Shown here: positions 46,609-57,100 of the stretch, piece after piece
How the letters are laid out: each line of letters opens with the position of its first letter
How positions within the stretch are numbered: the stretch's first letter is position 1
Virus record (IMG/VR): IMGVR_UViG_3300020401_000001
Span: 5,292 to 69,291 of that record
Source: a virus
Direction: 5' to 3' (one strand)
Length of the DNA: 64,000 nt
Translations under genes and position numbers: made by a program
The notes under the pieces: generated by a model
Databases searched by the model: none
What the model was told of the DNA's origin: nothing
Seen by the model: only the letters and a program-made list of their open reading frames with translations

Positions 46609-49165
46609 ATACATTTCTTTTGACCCGTGGTGGGGTGGTTTTTCTAACATAAGAATGACGTATGAATTAGTAGGAGCTTTATCTGTTATAACTGGTAGGA
46701 CAATAATTTTACCTCACAAAATATATTGTTTATTCTTATCAGAATGGCAAGATAAAAAAACATGGTTTGACATGTTTGATGCTTTAGATAAAAAAAAATT
46801 TAGAAAGCATTTTGATTGTATAGAATATTATGACATTCCAGAATATGAAAATCTTGAAAACGATACGCAATATTTCGAAAATATTTCGTCTGTTGCGAAA
46901 GTTATTACTTTTGGCGACAAAGACGGACAACTAGGTCCTATGAAAGGTCCTGGTAACGATTATGTCTTAACATGTGGCATAGAGGACCATAGCGAGTTTA
47001 ACATTTTTAAAGACGACAGACAAGTCATAGATTTAGAGTGTGATGATAAGTTCATGCACTTTCCAAGAAACTTGTTCGGTCATTTTTATTATCATGTATA
47101 TGGCAAAACACCTGTTATTAGAAACAGGATAAAAGAGAAAGTAAACTTAGGGATACAGTATAGACCTGATATTTTTGAGAAAGCTAAAAAGATTACAGAC
47201 AAACTAGGTGAATTTAATGCTATTCATGTTAGAAGAAATGACTTTTTGCAGGTAAGAAAAGATATTGCAGAGCGTCAAACAGTAAACCTTCTAGATGATA
47301 TTTCTAACAGAATACCTAACGACAAGCCTTTATTTATAGCTACAGACGAAAAAGACAAGTCTGTATTTTTGCCATTAAAAAAGAAATACAACGTATTATA
47401 TCTAACTGATTTTCCACAATCAGGAGTAAACGACACTGACGATTTGCTTTTAGACCAAGTTGTATGCTCTCAAGCAGATATTTTTTTAGGTAGTCACCTA
47501 TCGACTTTTTCTGACTACGTAAACATTATTAGAGGTCAGCAAAATAAAAAAGATTTTCACAGAGAAGGAACTAACTTTAACAGACCTAAAATATCATATA
47601 ATAGATTTCCATGGGAAGTAGAAGAGTATGGATGGGATAAAACGTGGAGTTTTCATTGGGAATATGAACAATCATACTTTAACATAGCTGTATATGGGTC
47701 TCACAACGCTTCTGTTGCATTATCCCACAAAGCTGATGTTCTTGAGGTAGTAGAGTTAGAAAGGTTTGTAAACAAGAAAAACGCAGCTTTTTATTTTCAT
47801 TTTCCAGAAGAAAACCCAGACGATTTGACTTTGCAAATACATAATTATTTTGTTAAAAAATATGGTAGTTATGTGTATGATAATTGCTTATACAATAGCT
47901 GTTTAACTAATATAAACGTTTTGCCTGCTAAAAACTATGAGTGGGTAGGACATCATCTTGCTCATGTAAACAATGTTATATTCCAATCGCCAGCGAAAAA
48001 AAGTTTAAATATATCTTTTGATGGGGGCTCTGATGAAGGGCATTTTAATATATATAGAACTGAAGAAGATAAGGTGCCAGAAAAAATATTTTCTACAAAA
48101 CAAGATATATGCGTCCCCTATGCTGCTGTAGCCCACTATCTGTCTCCAATAAAACAAGAAGAAAATTGGTGGTGGGGTAACTTGGTATATGCAGGTAAGC
48201 TTATGGGACTGTCTGCATACGGGACAGTAAATCAAGATGACTATGATAAAATGTATCGCTACTTTAAGATGCAACAAACAGATAATGTAAATACAGCGCA
48301 TGAAAACTTCCAAAGAATATTTAATGTAAGTCCTGAAAAAAGATTTGATGAAGAAAAATCTTACGACTTAGCCGCTGCTACACAAAAAGTTTTTGAGGAT
48401 ATATTTAAAGAAACTATAGACCCTTTTGTTGAGACGCATAAAGATTATGAGTTACAGTTTAGTGGAGGTGGCGCCTTAAATGTTATAAACAACGCTAAAT
48501 GGGACGCTTTTGTTAGTCCTAATCCTGACGATAGAGGATTATCTGTAGGGATGTTGTTTCATAAAATAAAACCTGGTCATGTTGTTGACACAAAATATTT
48601 AGGCTCAGAAATGTTTGGTATGTATACACAACACAAACCATACAGCATTGACGAGATGTGTGAGGATTTATTAGAAGGCAAAATAATTGGTTTATGTCAA
48701 GGACGTGGAGAGCACGGAGCAAGAGCTTTGTGTAATAGAAGCATACTATGTCTGCCTAAAAAAGGTTTCAAAGAAAAACTTAATGACCAAGTAAAACATA
48801 GAGAGGCTTTCCGACCTTTCGCACCTGTATGTAGAAAGGAGGATGCTAACACGTGGTTTGATTTTGGAAAACACACTGAATATATGAGCCACAACGCAAC
48901 AGTTAAAAATGTAAATAAAAGTATACAATCTATAATACACAAAGACTATACCGCTAGGTTACAAACAGTCACCTCGTCATCAAATCCCTTTGTTTATTTA
49001 CTTTTAACTAGAATGAAGGAATTAGGTCATGAGCCAATATTAATAAACACATCGTTTAATGTAATGGGAAAACCTATAATAAATCAGTGGCAGGAAGCTA
49101 TAAGTATGCTGAATGATACTGGATTAGACATATTAACTGACGGCAAAAGTAAAATTTATGGATAG
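46595..49165 (+). CDS. fusion: O-fucosyltransferase-like GT-B domain plus NodU/CmcH/TobZ-type O-carbamoyltransferase
   Basis: N part: GGFSNIRM, FNAIHVRRNDF, LFIATDE, DQVVCSQA..FLGS..STFS. C part: SHNAS, ELERF, HHLAH, DGG, GKLMGLSAYG, SGG.ALN, E.GARAL.NRSIL, KHRE.FRPFAP, TARLQTV, NTSFN..GKPI. Confidence 0.85.
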   Translation: MRDNKYISFDPWWGGFSNIRMTYELVGALSVITGRTIILPHKIYCLFLSEWQDKKTWFDMFDALDKKKFRKHFDCIEYYDIPEYENLENDTQYFENISSVAKVITFGDKDGQLGPMKGPGNDYVLTCGIEDHSEFNIFKDDRQVIDLECDDKFMHFPRNLFGHFYYHVYGKTPVIRNRIKEKVNLGIQYRPDIFEKAKKITDKLGEFNAIHVRRNDFLQVRKDIAERQTVNLLDDISNRIPNDKPLFIATDEKDKSVFLPLKKKYNVLYLTDFPQSGVNDTDDLLLDQVVCSQADIFLGSHLSTFSDYVNIIRGQQNKKDFHREGTNFNRPKISYNRFPWEVEEYGWDKTWSFHWEYEQSYFNIAVYGSHNASVALSHKADVLEVVELERFVNKKNAAFYFHFPEENPDDLTLQIHNYFVKKYGSYVYDNCLYNSCLTNINVLPAKNYEWVGHHLAHVNNVIFQSPAKKSLNISFDGGSDEGHFNIYRTEEDKVPEKIFSTKQDICVPYAAVAHYLSPIKQEENWWWGNLVYAGKLMGLSAYGTVNQDDYDKMYRYFKMQQTDNVNTAHENFQRIFNVSPEKRFDEEKSYDLAAATQKVFEDIFKETIDPFVETHKDYELQFSGGGALNVINNAKWDAFVSPNPDDRGLSVGMLFHKIKPGHVVDTKYLGSEMFGMYTQHKPYSIDEMCEDLLEGKIIGLCQGRGEHGARALCNRSILCLPKKGFKEKLNDQVKHREAFRPFAPVCRKEDANTWFDFGKHTEYMSHNATVKNVNKSIQSIIHKDYTARLQTVTSSSNPFVYLLLTRMKELGHEPILINTSFNVMGKPIINQWQEAISMLNDTGLDILTDGKSKIYG

Positions 49166-50012
49166 AATATTTTTAAGTATAGCATCATATAGAGACCCAG
49201 ACTTAATAAACACAATAAAAGACGCACACAAAAGGGCTGACAGACCTGATAGAATAACATTTGGAGTATTGTTTCAGGGCACTAAAGAAGAGATGAACAC
49301 TTTTCTTTCTGAAGCCGTAGGAAAAATGAATGTTAAATATGTGCACCATAACGATACAAAAGGAACAGGATGGGCAAGAAATATCCTTACAAGAGACATG
49401 CTTGAGGATGAAGAGTATTGGTTGCAAATAGATTCACACACAAGATTTATTGAAGGATGGGACACAAAGCTTATTAATTTATATAATAAAATAGGAGAAG
49501 ATTGTCTTATATCAGCATACCCTCCACACTTCGGAATGAACGAGTCCTATGATGTATATACAACTAAAACCCTAAACAACAAAGCTTTAGTAGAGGGCTT
49601 TACCGATGTGTTCAGTTTTGAAAACACTGTAGGAAAAATTCCTGAGCAAGAATATGAAGAGTCAATAACGGCTGCGGGGGCTTTTCAGTTTACAAAAAGA
49701 CATGTAGCAAAATCTATGACGTTCGATGCATATTTTAATCCATGGATGGACCAAGAAATTTCTTCTTGTTTGGCATGGATGAATGGATTTAACATTTATG
49801 CGCCTAGAGATGCTGTATTGTGGCACTGTTATGAAGATAATCATATAGGGTCTAATGAAAAATGGAGAGGTCTGGTAGCTGACGAAGTAAAAGTTACTGG
49901 TTACGAAGACAAGCCCTTTGATATTATAAAACACTGGCATACAAAGAGAAACTGGAATCAGTGGAAAGATAGGGTTCTTGTAGATATTAATGATTTAAAA
50001 AAAGAAAAATGA
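49158..50012 (+). CDS. Skp1-type hydroxyproline/polypeptide alpha-GlcNAc transferase (GT60-like)
   Basis: IFLSIASYRDP.L..TI, P.RI.FGV..Q, G.GWAR, EEYWLQIDSHTRF..GWD..LI, ISAYPP. Confidence 0.8.
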   Translation: MDRIFLSIASYRDPDLINTIKDAHKRADRPDRITFGVLFQGTKEEMNTFLSEAVGKMNVKYVHHNDTKGTGWARNILTRDMLEDEEYWLQIDSHTRFIEGWDTKLINLYNKIGEDCLISAYPPHFGMNESYDVYTTKTLNNKALVEGFTDVFSFENTVGKIPEQEYEESITAAGAFQFTKRHVAKSMTFDAYFNPWMDQEISSCLAWMNGFNIYAPRDAVLWHCYEDNHIGSNEKWRGLVADEVKVTGYEDKPFDIIKHWHTKRNWNQWKDRVLVDINDLKKEK

Positions 50013-50992
50013 AAACAGCTTTAGTTTTAGGTGGTGGAGGTTTTATAGGCTCACACCTTATAAAAAGATTAAAAGAAGAAGGCTACTATGTTAGAGCAGT
50101 AGACTTAAAAAAACCTGAATTTTGGAAAACAGTAGCAGACGACTTTATTGTTGGAGATTTAAGATGGAGTCATATATGCTCTGCCGCATTCAGACCTTTA
50201 GAAGGAAAAAGAAAATTCGATGAGGTTTATCAGCTTGCTGCCGATATGGGTGGCGCTGGTTATCTGTTTACTGGTGATAGTGATGCAGATATTATGCACA
50301 ACTCTGCCTTAATCAATATGAATGTATTAAGGGAATGCGTTGTTGATGAGCATGCTCCTGGTAGAATATTTTACGCAAGTAGCGCCTGTGTGTATCCAGA
50401 GTACAATCAGCTGGACCCAGAAAGCCCAAAATGTACAGAAGATAGCGTATATCCTGCTGAACCTGACTCTGAATATGGATGGGAAAAATTGTTTAGTGAA
50501 AGAATGTACATGGCTTTTGCAAGAAATAAAAACTTAGATGTAAGGATAGGAAGGTTTCATGGAATCTTTGGACCATACGGAACATGGACTGACGGCAAAG
50601 AAAAAGCTCCTGCTGCAATTTGTAGAAAAGTTGCAGAATCAAACGATAGTATAGAAATATGGGGAGATGGAGAACAAACTAGGTCGTTTATGTATATAGA
50701 TGATGCTATTGATACAGTCCGTAAATTTATGATGAACAAAGGATTTCAGGGACCAATGAATATAGGTTCTGAAGAAATGGTATCTATAAATAACTATGCA
50801 CGCATAGTAATGGAAGTTGCAAAAAAAGATTTGGATATTGTGCACATAGAAGGTCCACAAGGTGTGAGAGGAAGAAACTCAGACAACACATTAATGGAGC
50901 AAGAATTGAACTGGACTCCAGGCGGTAGTCTTAGAGATGGTGTGGAAAAAACGTACAAGTGGATTGAAGAGCAGGTGCAAAAACTGTCTTAG
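50009..50992 (+). CDS. GDP-mannose 3,5-epimerase-like NAD-dependent epimerase
   Basis: GGGGFIG, LAADMGGAG, YASSACVYPE, YGWEK (YxxxK), GKEKAPAAICRK, WGDGEQTRSF, NIGSEEMVS, GVRGRNSDN. Confidence 0.88.
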   Translation: MKTALVLGGGGFIGSHLIKRLKEEGYYVRAVDLKKPEFWKTVADDFIVGDLRWSHICSAAFRPLEGKRKFDEVYQLAADMGGAGYLFTGDSDADIMHNSALINMNVLRECVVDEHAPGRIFYASSACVYPEYNQLDPESPKCTEDSVYPAEPDSEYGWEKLFSERMYMAFARNKNLDVRIGRFHGIFGPYGTWTDGKEKAPAAICRKVAESNDSIEIWGDGEQTRSFMYIDDAIDTVRKFMMNKGFQGPMNIGSEEMVSINNYARIVMEVAKKDLDIVHIEGPQGVRGRNSDNTLMEQELNWTPGGSLRDGVEKTYKWIEEQVQKLS

Positions 50993-51001
50993 ATAAATTA
51001 G

Positions 51002-51009
51002 TAAATTTG
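51002..51009 (+). promoter_or_regulatory. -7 promoter element giving an apparently leaderless transcript
   Basis: TAAATTTG with the ATG at +5. Confidence 0.6.
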
Positions 51010-51013
51010 TGCT

Positions 51014-51754
51014 ATGGCAAACTACGAGAACAAAACAGTTGGGTTTAGTGAAATAAATAACGGCTGGACGTCATTTTATTCTTACATTCCTGAAGATATG
51101 GTCTACATGAAGTCAGACTTTTACACTTTTAAGGGCGGTAATATATACAAACATAACATTGATGACGCTTCTCGTAACAAATTTTACGATAAATATTATC
51201 CTAGCAAGGTTGAAACTATCATAAATGATGACCCAGAAGCTGTGAAAAACTTTAGAACTCTTAATATGGAAGGCTCTTCTGCTTTCTGGAGAGTAGAAAT
51301 AAACACAGACTTAGATAAAGGCGGAGCAACTTATGATGATTTTGAAGAGAGAGAGCGATTGTTTAAAGCTCACATCAGAACTGACAGAGACGACAATCTT
51401 AATTTAGAAAGACTTACCGTGCAAGGGCTAGGTACACTAATATCTACAAATGGCACATCTATGTATTTTAGATTTATAGATAACGCCATTGAGTATGGTG
51501 ACTTCGTTTATAAAATATATGGTAAATCGTATACGTATTTAGGTAAAATTATTGCTGTATTTGAAGATTATATTATGTTAGACTCTATAGCTGACCCAGT
51601 AGACCCTGGTCAATTTTGTTTTGCTACAAAAGACCCAGTGATAGAAAGCTATGGATTGAAAGGATATTTTGGCAGCTTTACGTGTACAAGTTATGAATCA
51701 ACTCCAATAGAATTGTTTGCAGTTGGTACAGAAGTAACGCAAAGCAGTAAATAA
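51014..51754 (+). CDS. probable C-terminal part of the tail stabilisation protein, as a separate gene
   Basis: TVGFSE..NGWTSFYSYIPE, FYTFKGG.IYKHN, N.FY, VKNFRTL..EG, GLKGY, ELFAV. Confidence 0.65.
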   Translation: MANYENKTVGFSEINNGWTSFYSYIPEDMVYMKSDFYTFKGGNIYKHNIDDASRNKFYDKYYPSKVETIINDDPEAVKNFRTLNMEGSSAFWRVEINTDLDKGGATYDDFEERERLFKAHIRTDRDDNLNLERLTVQGLGTLISTNGTSMYFRFIDNAIEYGDFVYKIYGKSYTYLGKIIAVFEDYIMLDSIADPVDPGQFCFATKDPVIESYGLKGYFGSFTCTSYESTPIELFAVGTEVTQSSK

Positions 51755-51758
51755 TTTA

Positions 51759-52184
51759 ATGAAATTAAAATTAAGAAGGCTAGTAGAATCAGATTACGAT
51801 ACTCTAGTAAAATGGTGGAAAGATTGGAAGTGGGAACCAATACCTCAAGACTTTCTGCCTGAAAACGGAACAGGTGGCTTTATGGTCACTAAGGATAAAA
51901 AAGAGATATGTGCAGGTTTCATATACCTGACTAACTCTAAAGTTGCTTGGATTGAGTTTGTAATATCAAACAAGCAGTATAAGGGAAAGGATAGAAAAGA
52001 TGCTATCCAATTTTTAATAAACAGCTTATCTGCTGTAGCTCAAGAAACAGGAGCTAAATATGGATACGCTGTATTAAAACATAAGGGACTGAAGTTTTAT
52101 TATGAAAACTCAGGTTTTTTTGAAAGTGATAGGAATATAACAGAAATGATAACAATATGGCAATCGCAACAGGAACAGCAATAG
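51759..52184 (+). CDS. GNAT-like protein preceding the ejection proteins
   Basis: LR.L.ESDY..L.KWW, ICAGFIY, VAWIEFVISN, YENSGF. Confidence 0.6.
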   Translation: MKLKLRRLVESDYDTLVKWWKDWKWEPIPQDFLPENGTGGFMVTKDKKEICAGFIYLTNSKVAWIEFVISNKQYKGKDRKDAIQFLINSLSAVAQETGAKYGYAVLKHKGLKFYYENSGFFESDRNITEMITIWQSQQEQQ

Positions 52185-52690
52185 CAATAGGAGCGGCAAC
52201 AGCAGCAGCAGCTGGAGGAGCACAAGCAATAAGCGGTGCGGTCCGTGCAAAGCGTGCTAAAAGAGATTTAGAAAACTACGAAAGACAAGAGGTTACAGAC
52301 TTAGCTAGTGATATGAGAGTATCAGACCTCGGTGAGCAAAGGAACGTGGAGAACATAATGCAAAGCGAAGCTAACCAAACAGAAGCGGTACAAATGGGTG
52401 GTGCTAGAGCAGTAATAGGAGCTACATCAGGTATTCAAGCAAACACTTCAAATGCTTTAGCGGCTTCTGCTGTTCGAACTGACGAGAAGCTTGCTAATTT
52501 ACAAAACGTAAAATATCAAGAAAAAGTTCGTGGCTTTAATACTGTAGAAGCTAGACAAAACCAAGATATAGCTGGAATGGCTGCTGAGATGCAAGCAGGG
52601 CGTGCAGCGGTTCAACAAGGATTACAAACTGTAGCTGGTGTACCTATGAAAGCTCTTGACGTAGCAGCACAAGCAGGAGCTTTAACATAA
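52157..52690 (+). CDS. internal virion/ejection protein (small)
   Basis: Ala/Gly-rich hydrophobic N-terminus and Gln/Ala helical body, typical of podovirus pilot proteins. Confidence 0.6.
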   Translation: MAIATGTAIAIGAATAAAAGGAQAISGAVRAKRAKRDLENYERQEVTDLASDMRVSDLGEQRNVENIMQSEANQTEAVQMGGARAVIGATSGIQANTSNALAASAVRTDEKLANLQNVKYQEKVRGFNTVEARQNQDIAGMAAEMQAGRAAVQQGLQTVAGVPMKALDVAAQAGALT

Positions 52691-52700
52691 AAAATATATT

Positions 52701-54137
52701 ATGAGTAAAGGAGCATATTACGCAGGAATGGCAACGGCACCGCAGGTGAAGCCAGCAGATTTTTATACGCCATTTGCAAACATGGCAGACAGGATTAGTC
52801 AGCGTGAAATAGAAAAAAGAAAACAAGAGCAAGCTGAACAAGCGGCTAACGAAAAGTTTGCTTTAAGTAGACAAGATAAGCTACAAGACACCATAAACTC
52901 TTCAGGTTACAAAGGGATTGGTATAAACAATCTTGACATGGCTGTCAACGAATATATGTCATACCTACAATCTGACTTTGAAAAAGCTAACGAAGAATTT
53001 AATATTACAAAAGATAAAAAAGCCTTAAGCGCAAAAACATCTGCCTTGCAGTATAGCGCCAAACAAGTGCAAAACTTAGGAAATAGAATATCTACCTTTG
53101 TAAAGAATGATAGCACTCTAGAAGCAAACGGAAAAGCTTCCATGTATAATGACGTTGTTATGGCTATGATACAGGATTTAGGTGAAAACATAGGTTTTGA
53201 AACAGAGTCTAGCGGGGTGCAAAGAATATATACAGAAGGAGAAGATGGTAACAGGAAAACAATAAACGCAAAAACTTGGGACACTTTGTTTACTGCAAGA
53301 CAATCTACTGATTTAAATGGTGTGCTGGAAGATATTGTAGAGATGACACAGCCAAGGCAAATACAGGGTAAAAACAATACTTTTACACGCTATTTAGATT
53401 ACACCAAAGACCCCAACGGAACGCTAACACAATCTCAAGCAGACATATTAACTAGAAGATTACAAAACTTTGAACCGCATGAAGTTTATGATGCTGCTGT
53501 TAGAGCTGGTATTGTGGGTGATGGAGAAAATCAAGTTCCTCTGAGAACAGATTTTAGTGACGAAGGAATTATTGCTAACATAGACCAGATGAGAGAAGCT
53601 CTGGCTATGAAATCTATTGGCGACCTGCAAAACATGTACAGAAATAAGGAAGGAAGTAAGCCTAACACTGGAGGCTCAAGGACTTCATCAAGTAGCTTTA
53701 TAAATTATGACCCTGAAACATTATTATATTCTTATAAAAAAGGCTCTGCTACTTCAGTATTAATGAGAGCTACTTTTACAGGCAAAGATATGATAGGAGA
53801 TGCTCCTGCTGGTAAATCAGAAACTGTTCCTTCGGGCGCTTATATTTCTGACGTAAGATTAACTCCTTATGGTCTAGAAGTTTTTGGTACTATGGCTGTT
53901 AATGAAAAGACTGGAGATATTATGGACATAATGAATTTTAATTCTATGTCCGATGTAGAGGTTAAAAACAAAGGTTTAAAAAGAGTCAATTTTAGAAAAG
54001 TAGTTGACCCAGGAACAAATCAAATGGCTCTTCGACAATTACAATCTGTGTTTGGATTTGATATAGATGAATATAATAACATATTAAAATTAAACAACTC
54101 AACAGAAAATCAAGGACCAGATTATAGCAATAAATAA
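52701..54137 (+). CDS. internal virion/ejection protein (medium)
   Basis: 478 aa, helical; middle gene of a small-medium-large trio. Confidence 0.55.
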   Translation: MSKGAYYAGMATAPQVKPADFYTPFANMADRISQREIEKRKQEQAEQAANEKFALSRQDKLQDTINSSGYKGIGINNLDMAVNEYMSYLQSDFEKANEEFNITKDKKALSAKTSALQYSAKQVQNLGNRISTFVKNDSTLEANGKASMYNDVVMAMIQDLGENIGFETESSGVQRIYTEGEDGNRKTINAKTWDTLFTARQSTDLNGVLEDIVEMTQPRQIQGKNNTFTRYLDYTKDPNGTLTQSQADILTRRLQNFEPHEVYDAAVRAGIVGDGENQVPLRTDFSDEGIIANIDQMREALAMKSIGDLQNMYRNKEGSKPNTGGSRTSSSSFINYDPETLLYSYKKGSATSVLMRATFTGKDMIGDAPAGKSETVPSGAYISDVRLTPYGLEVFGTMAVNEKTGDIMDIMNFNSMSDVEVKNKGLKRVNFRKVVDPGTNQMALRQLQSVFGFDIDEYNNILKLNNSTENQGPDYSNK

Positions 54138-54138
54138 T

Positions 54139-57100
54139 ATGGACAAGGAAGTATTAGAAGATTTATATAAGAGAGCTGTATCTAAAGGGTACACTAAGAC
54201 GTTAGAAGATTTTACGTTGCTGATAAATTCTGATGAAGAAGTTTTATTGGACAATTATAATTACGTCAAAGAAAAAGGATATGCAAAACCGATAGAAGAT
54301 TTTCAAGCTCTTCTCACTGAAAAAAAAAATCCAGAAGTCTCTTCAATCAAGCCGACAGAAAACATTCCAATCGCTTTTTCGGAATCAAATTTTTCATTGG
54401 AAAATACCAAGTTGTCTTCGGATTTATTCGAACCAGAAAAAGCCGATGAATACAGACAGTTTTTTAAATACAATGGATTCGGCGTACCTACCATAGGTGT
54501 AGAAAAAGACACAGACGGTCAGTATTTAAAAGGAGGGTTTGGTGATTTCATTAATCAGTTGCCGTTTGGAGAGTTTATAGATGACCAAGCTAGAGCATGG
54601 GCTAGCGGAAAAGAAGATGCAGATGCAGCTGAAGCTGCTGCCGAATTAATGAATGAGATAGGCACATTTTCAAAAGGCAACCCTACGGTAGAGCAAGCAA
54701 ACATAATGCTTAAAGAAATGTTTGAATCACAGACAACTCCTATGTCTGATGAGATGAAACAGTTCCAAAAAGATTTACAAGAAAACGGTAACGATGCTTA
54801 CGCAGCTGTAAAAGCCGCAGCTAACAACCCTAGTGCTGCTACAGAATACGTTATGAGAAGCATGCGTTCTATGTTTAATGATGACGCTATAGCTACAGGA
54901 CTCGCCACGCTAGGAACAAATACCGCATTAGGGTTTGCTGCTGGAGGACCTTATGGCGCTTTAGGTGGTTTTATGAGAGGTATTCCTGCTGCAATGACAG
55001 CAATGGGAGCTCAAACTGACATGGCATTATCTTTTGGAGAGTTTTTTCTAGAGGAGCTAGGTGATGGTTTTACAAGACAAGATGTAGCAAACCTTTTACA
55101 GGACCCTGAAAAATTACAAAAAGTACAGAATAGAGCTTTAGCTAGGGGTGTTTCTATTGCTGCTGTTAATGCGTTTACTGCTGGACTAGGAATAAGAATA
55201 GCATCAAATGTATTTAGGGCAGGAAGAAAAGGTTTGAGAGCAGGTTTAGAGTCGTTTGCTAAAGTTACGCCTTTAGATATGGCTGGTGGGTCTCTTGGTG
55301 AATTTGCAGCGCAAGCAACATCAGGACAAGAATTTAACACAGCTGAAATGGCTTTAGAAGGTCTCCTTGACCCAATGTCTAGTATTGCAACAACAGTAGG
55401 AGGTACTGTTATTGATGCAGGAAGCGCTCCTTCATATAAAATTAACGGAGGTAAAACTACTAAAGCAGACTTTATAAGACGTTTAGGCGCAATGTCTGAC
55501 GAACAATTAGAGCAAGCAAATTTCACTGTAAACAATGACGATGAAACTTGGCGTCAAGTTGATGATAGGCTAAAAGATATTCAGTTTGGAAGAGAAATAA
55601 AAGAAATTTATGGAGACATAGATGATGAGCAAACAAGAAGATTAACTGATTTAGAAAAAGAAAAAAGAACTTTAGAAAAGAAGAAATCTACCACTGCACA
55701 AAAAAGATTAGCTGATGTAAACCAAGAAATAGATGAGGTTTTAGAAATATATAAAACTAAACGTGAAGCTATTGGTATTTTGTCTGCACCATATTACGAC
55801 AGAAACGTAACAAGCGTAGAGGACGCACAAAAGAAAAGAAAGACTAAAGAATACAAACAGTATAAAACAAAAGCCAAAAAGCTTGCCGAAACTATGGGCT
55901 TGACAGTCAGCGCCATGAACGATGGCATTGGTGGTTATTTTTTAGATGACGGCACTTACTTACAAGAGCTATCTTCTGAGGTTTACTTAGAAGGAGCTAC
56001 ATACGAACAGGCGATAGAATATGCTTCTGTGTTGGGCGCTATCACTCCTGAAACACAAGAAAGTACAATCGCTGGTATGATTGTAGGTGAAGGTGAGGGT
56101 GATGCCTCAAAATTTAACTTCATAATCGAAGATAATAATAACCTAGAAAGTGTAAGAACTGCTTTAGATGAGCTAGGAATTGAGTATTCTATGAATACAG
56201 ATACTGGCGAGATAGGAATTATTGACTTCGCAGATGGAAATAATGTAGAACTTAACGAAAAAATTGGTATATTTGTACAGGTACTAAATGAAAACAATAT
56301 AAATCATGAGCAAAGACTTGAGAGAATCCGTTCGAAATATATCGGCGCAGAAGACAGGGCTGGAAACCTACAAAACATTAAAGAAAATTCCTCTAAGTTT
56401 GGAAAGAGTGGGGAAAGCGTTCGTTACATCGCAGAACAAGCCGAAAAAAGGAACAAAAAATACTTAGACGAAAAAAAGAAAGCACCTAAAACGGTGCAGG
56501 AAGAGTCGAAAGAACCTGTGGTTGTAAAACCTCTTCCTGAAAACTCTGAAAGACTACAACCTGTAGACAGAGTTAAAAAAATTGCAAAAACAATACGCAG
56601 AGCTTTTAGGAGAACTTTTCTCCGAGACGCAGGTTTACCTAAAAACATAGGAGACGCTATAAGAGCTTACAGAAGAAAAGGAACTGCAATCCAAAATTAT
56701 TTATCAGACCAGCAAGTTGTGTTTCTTGACATGTACGATGCTGCTACAAAGTCAATGACTAAAAAACAAGAGCGACAGTTTGGAGCTTACGTAAATGAAG
56801 CGTTAGCTGGAAATGTTGTTGATGGCATATTTACTCCTGAACAACAAAACGTTATTGAGTCAATGCGACTTGAAATAGATAAGAAAACTGATGAGCTTGT
56901 AGCAATGCTTGAAAAGTATGGCAAAAACGATGAAAGAACACAAGACTTAATTAAAACGTTACAAGATAATAAAGGAACATACATTCACAGAACTTATGCT
57001 GCATTTAAAGATTTAAATTACCTACAAGAAATGATTGGTGACCCTGCATTAGCACGCTCTGCAATCAATGAATCTTATGATTTGCTAGTAGCAGAAACTG

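Noticed and set aside
45343-50992. Enzyme block as a DNA hypermodification pathway
   Set aside because: Not excluded, but the motifs match peptide-acting families (P4H, GT60, POFUT-like), the block abuts Pro-rich genes within the tail module, and no nucleotide-modifying partners are adjacent.
39100-51010. Cassette as a self-splicing intron, intein or transposon
   Set aside because: No transposase, homing nuclease, intein motif or terminal repeats seen; the downstream gene has its own promoter and ATG.
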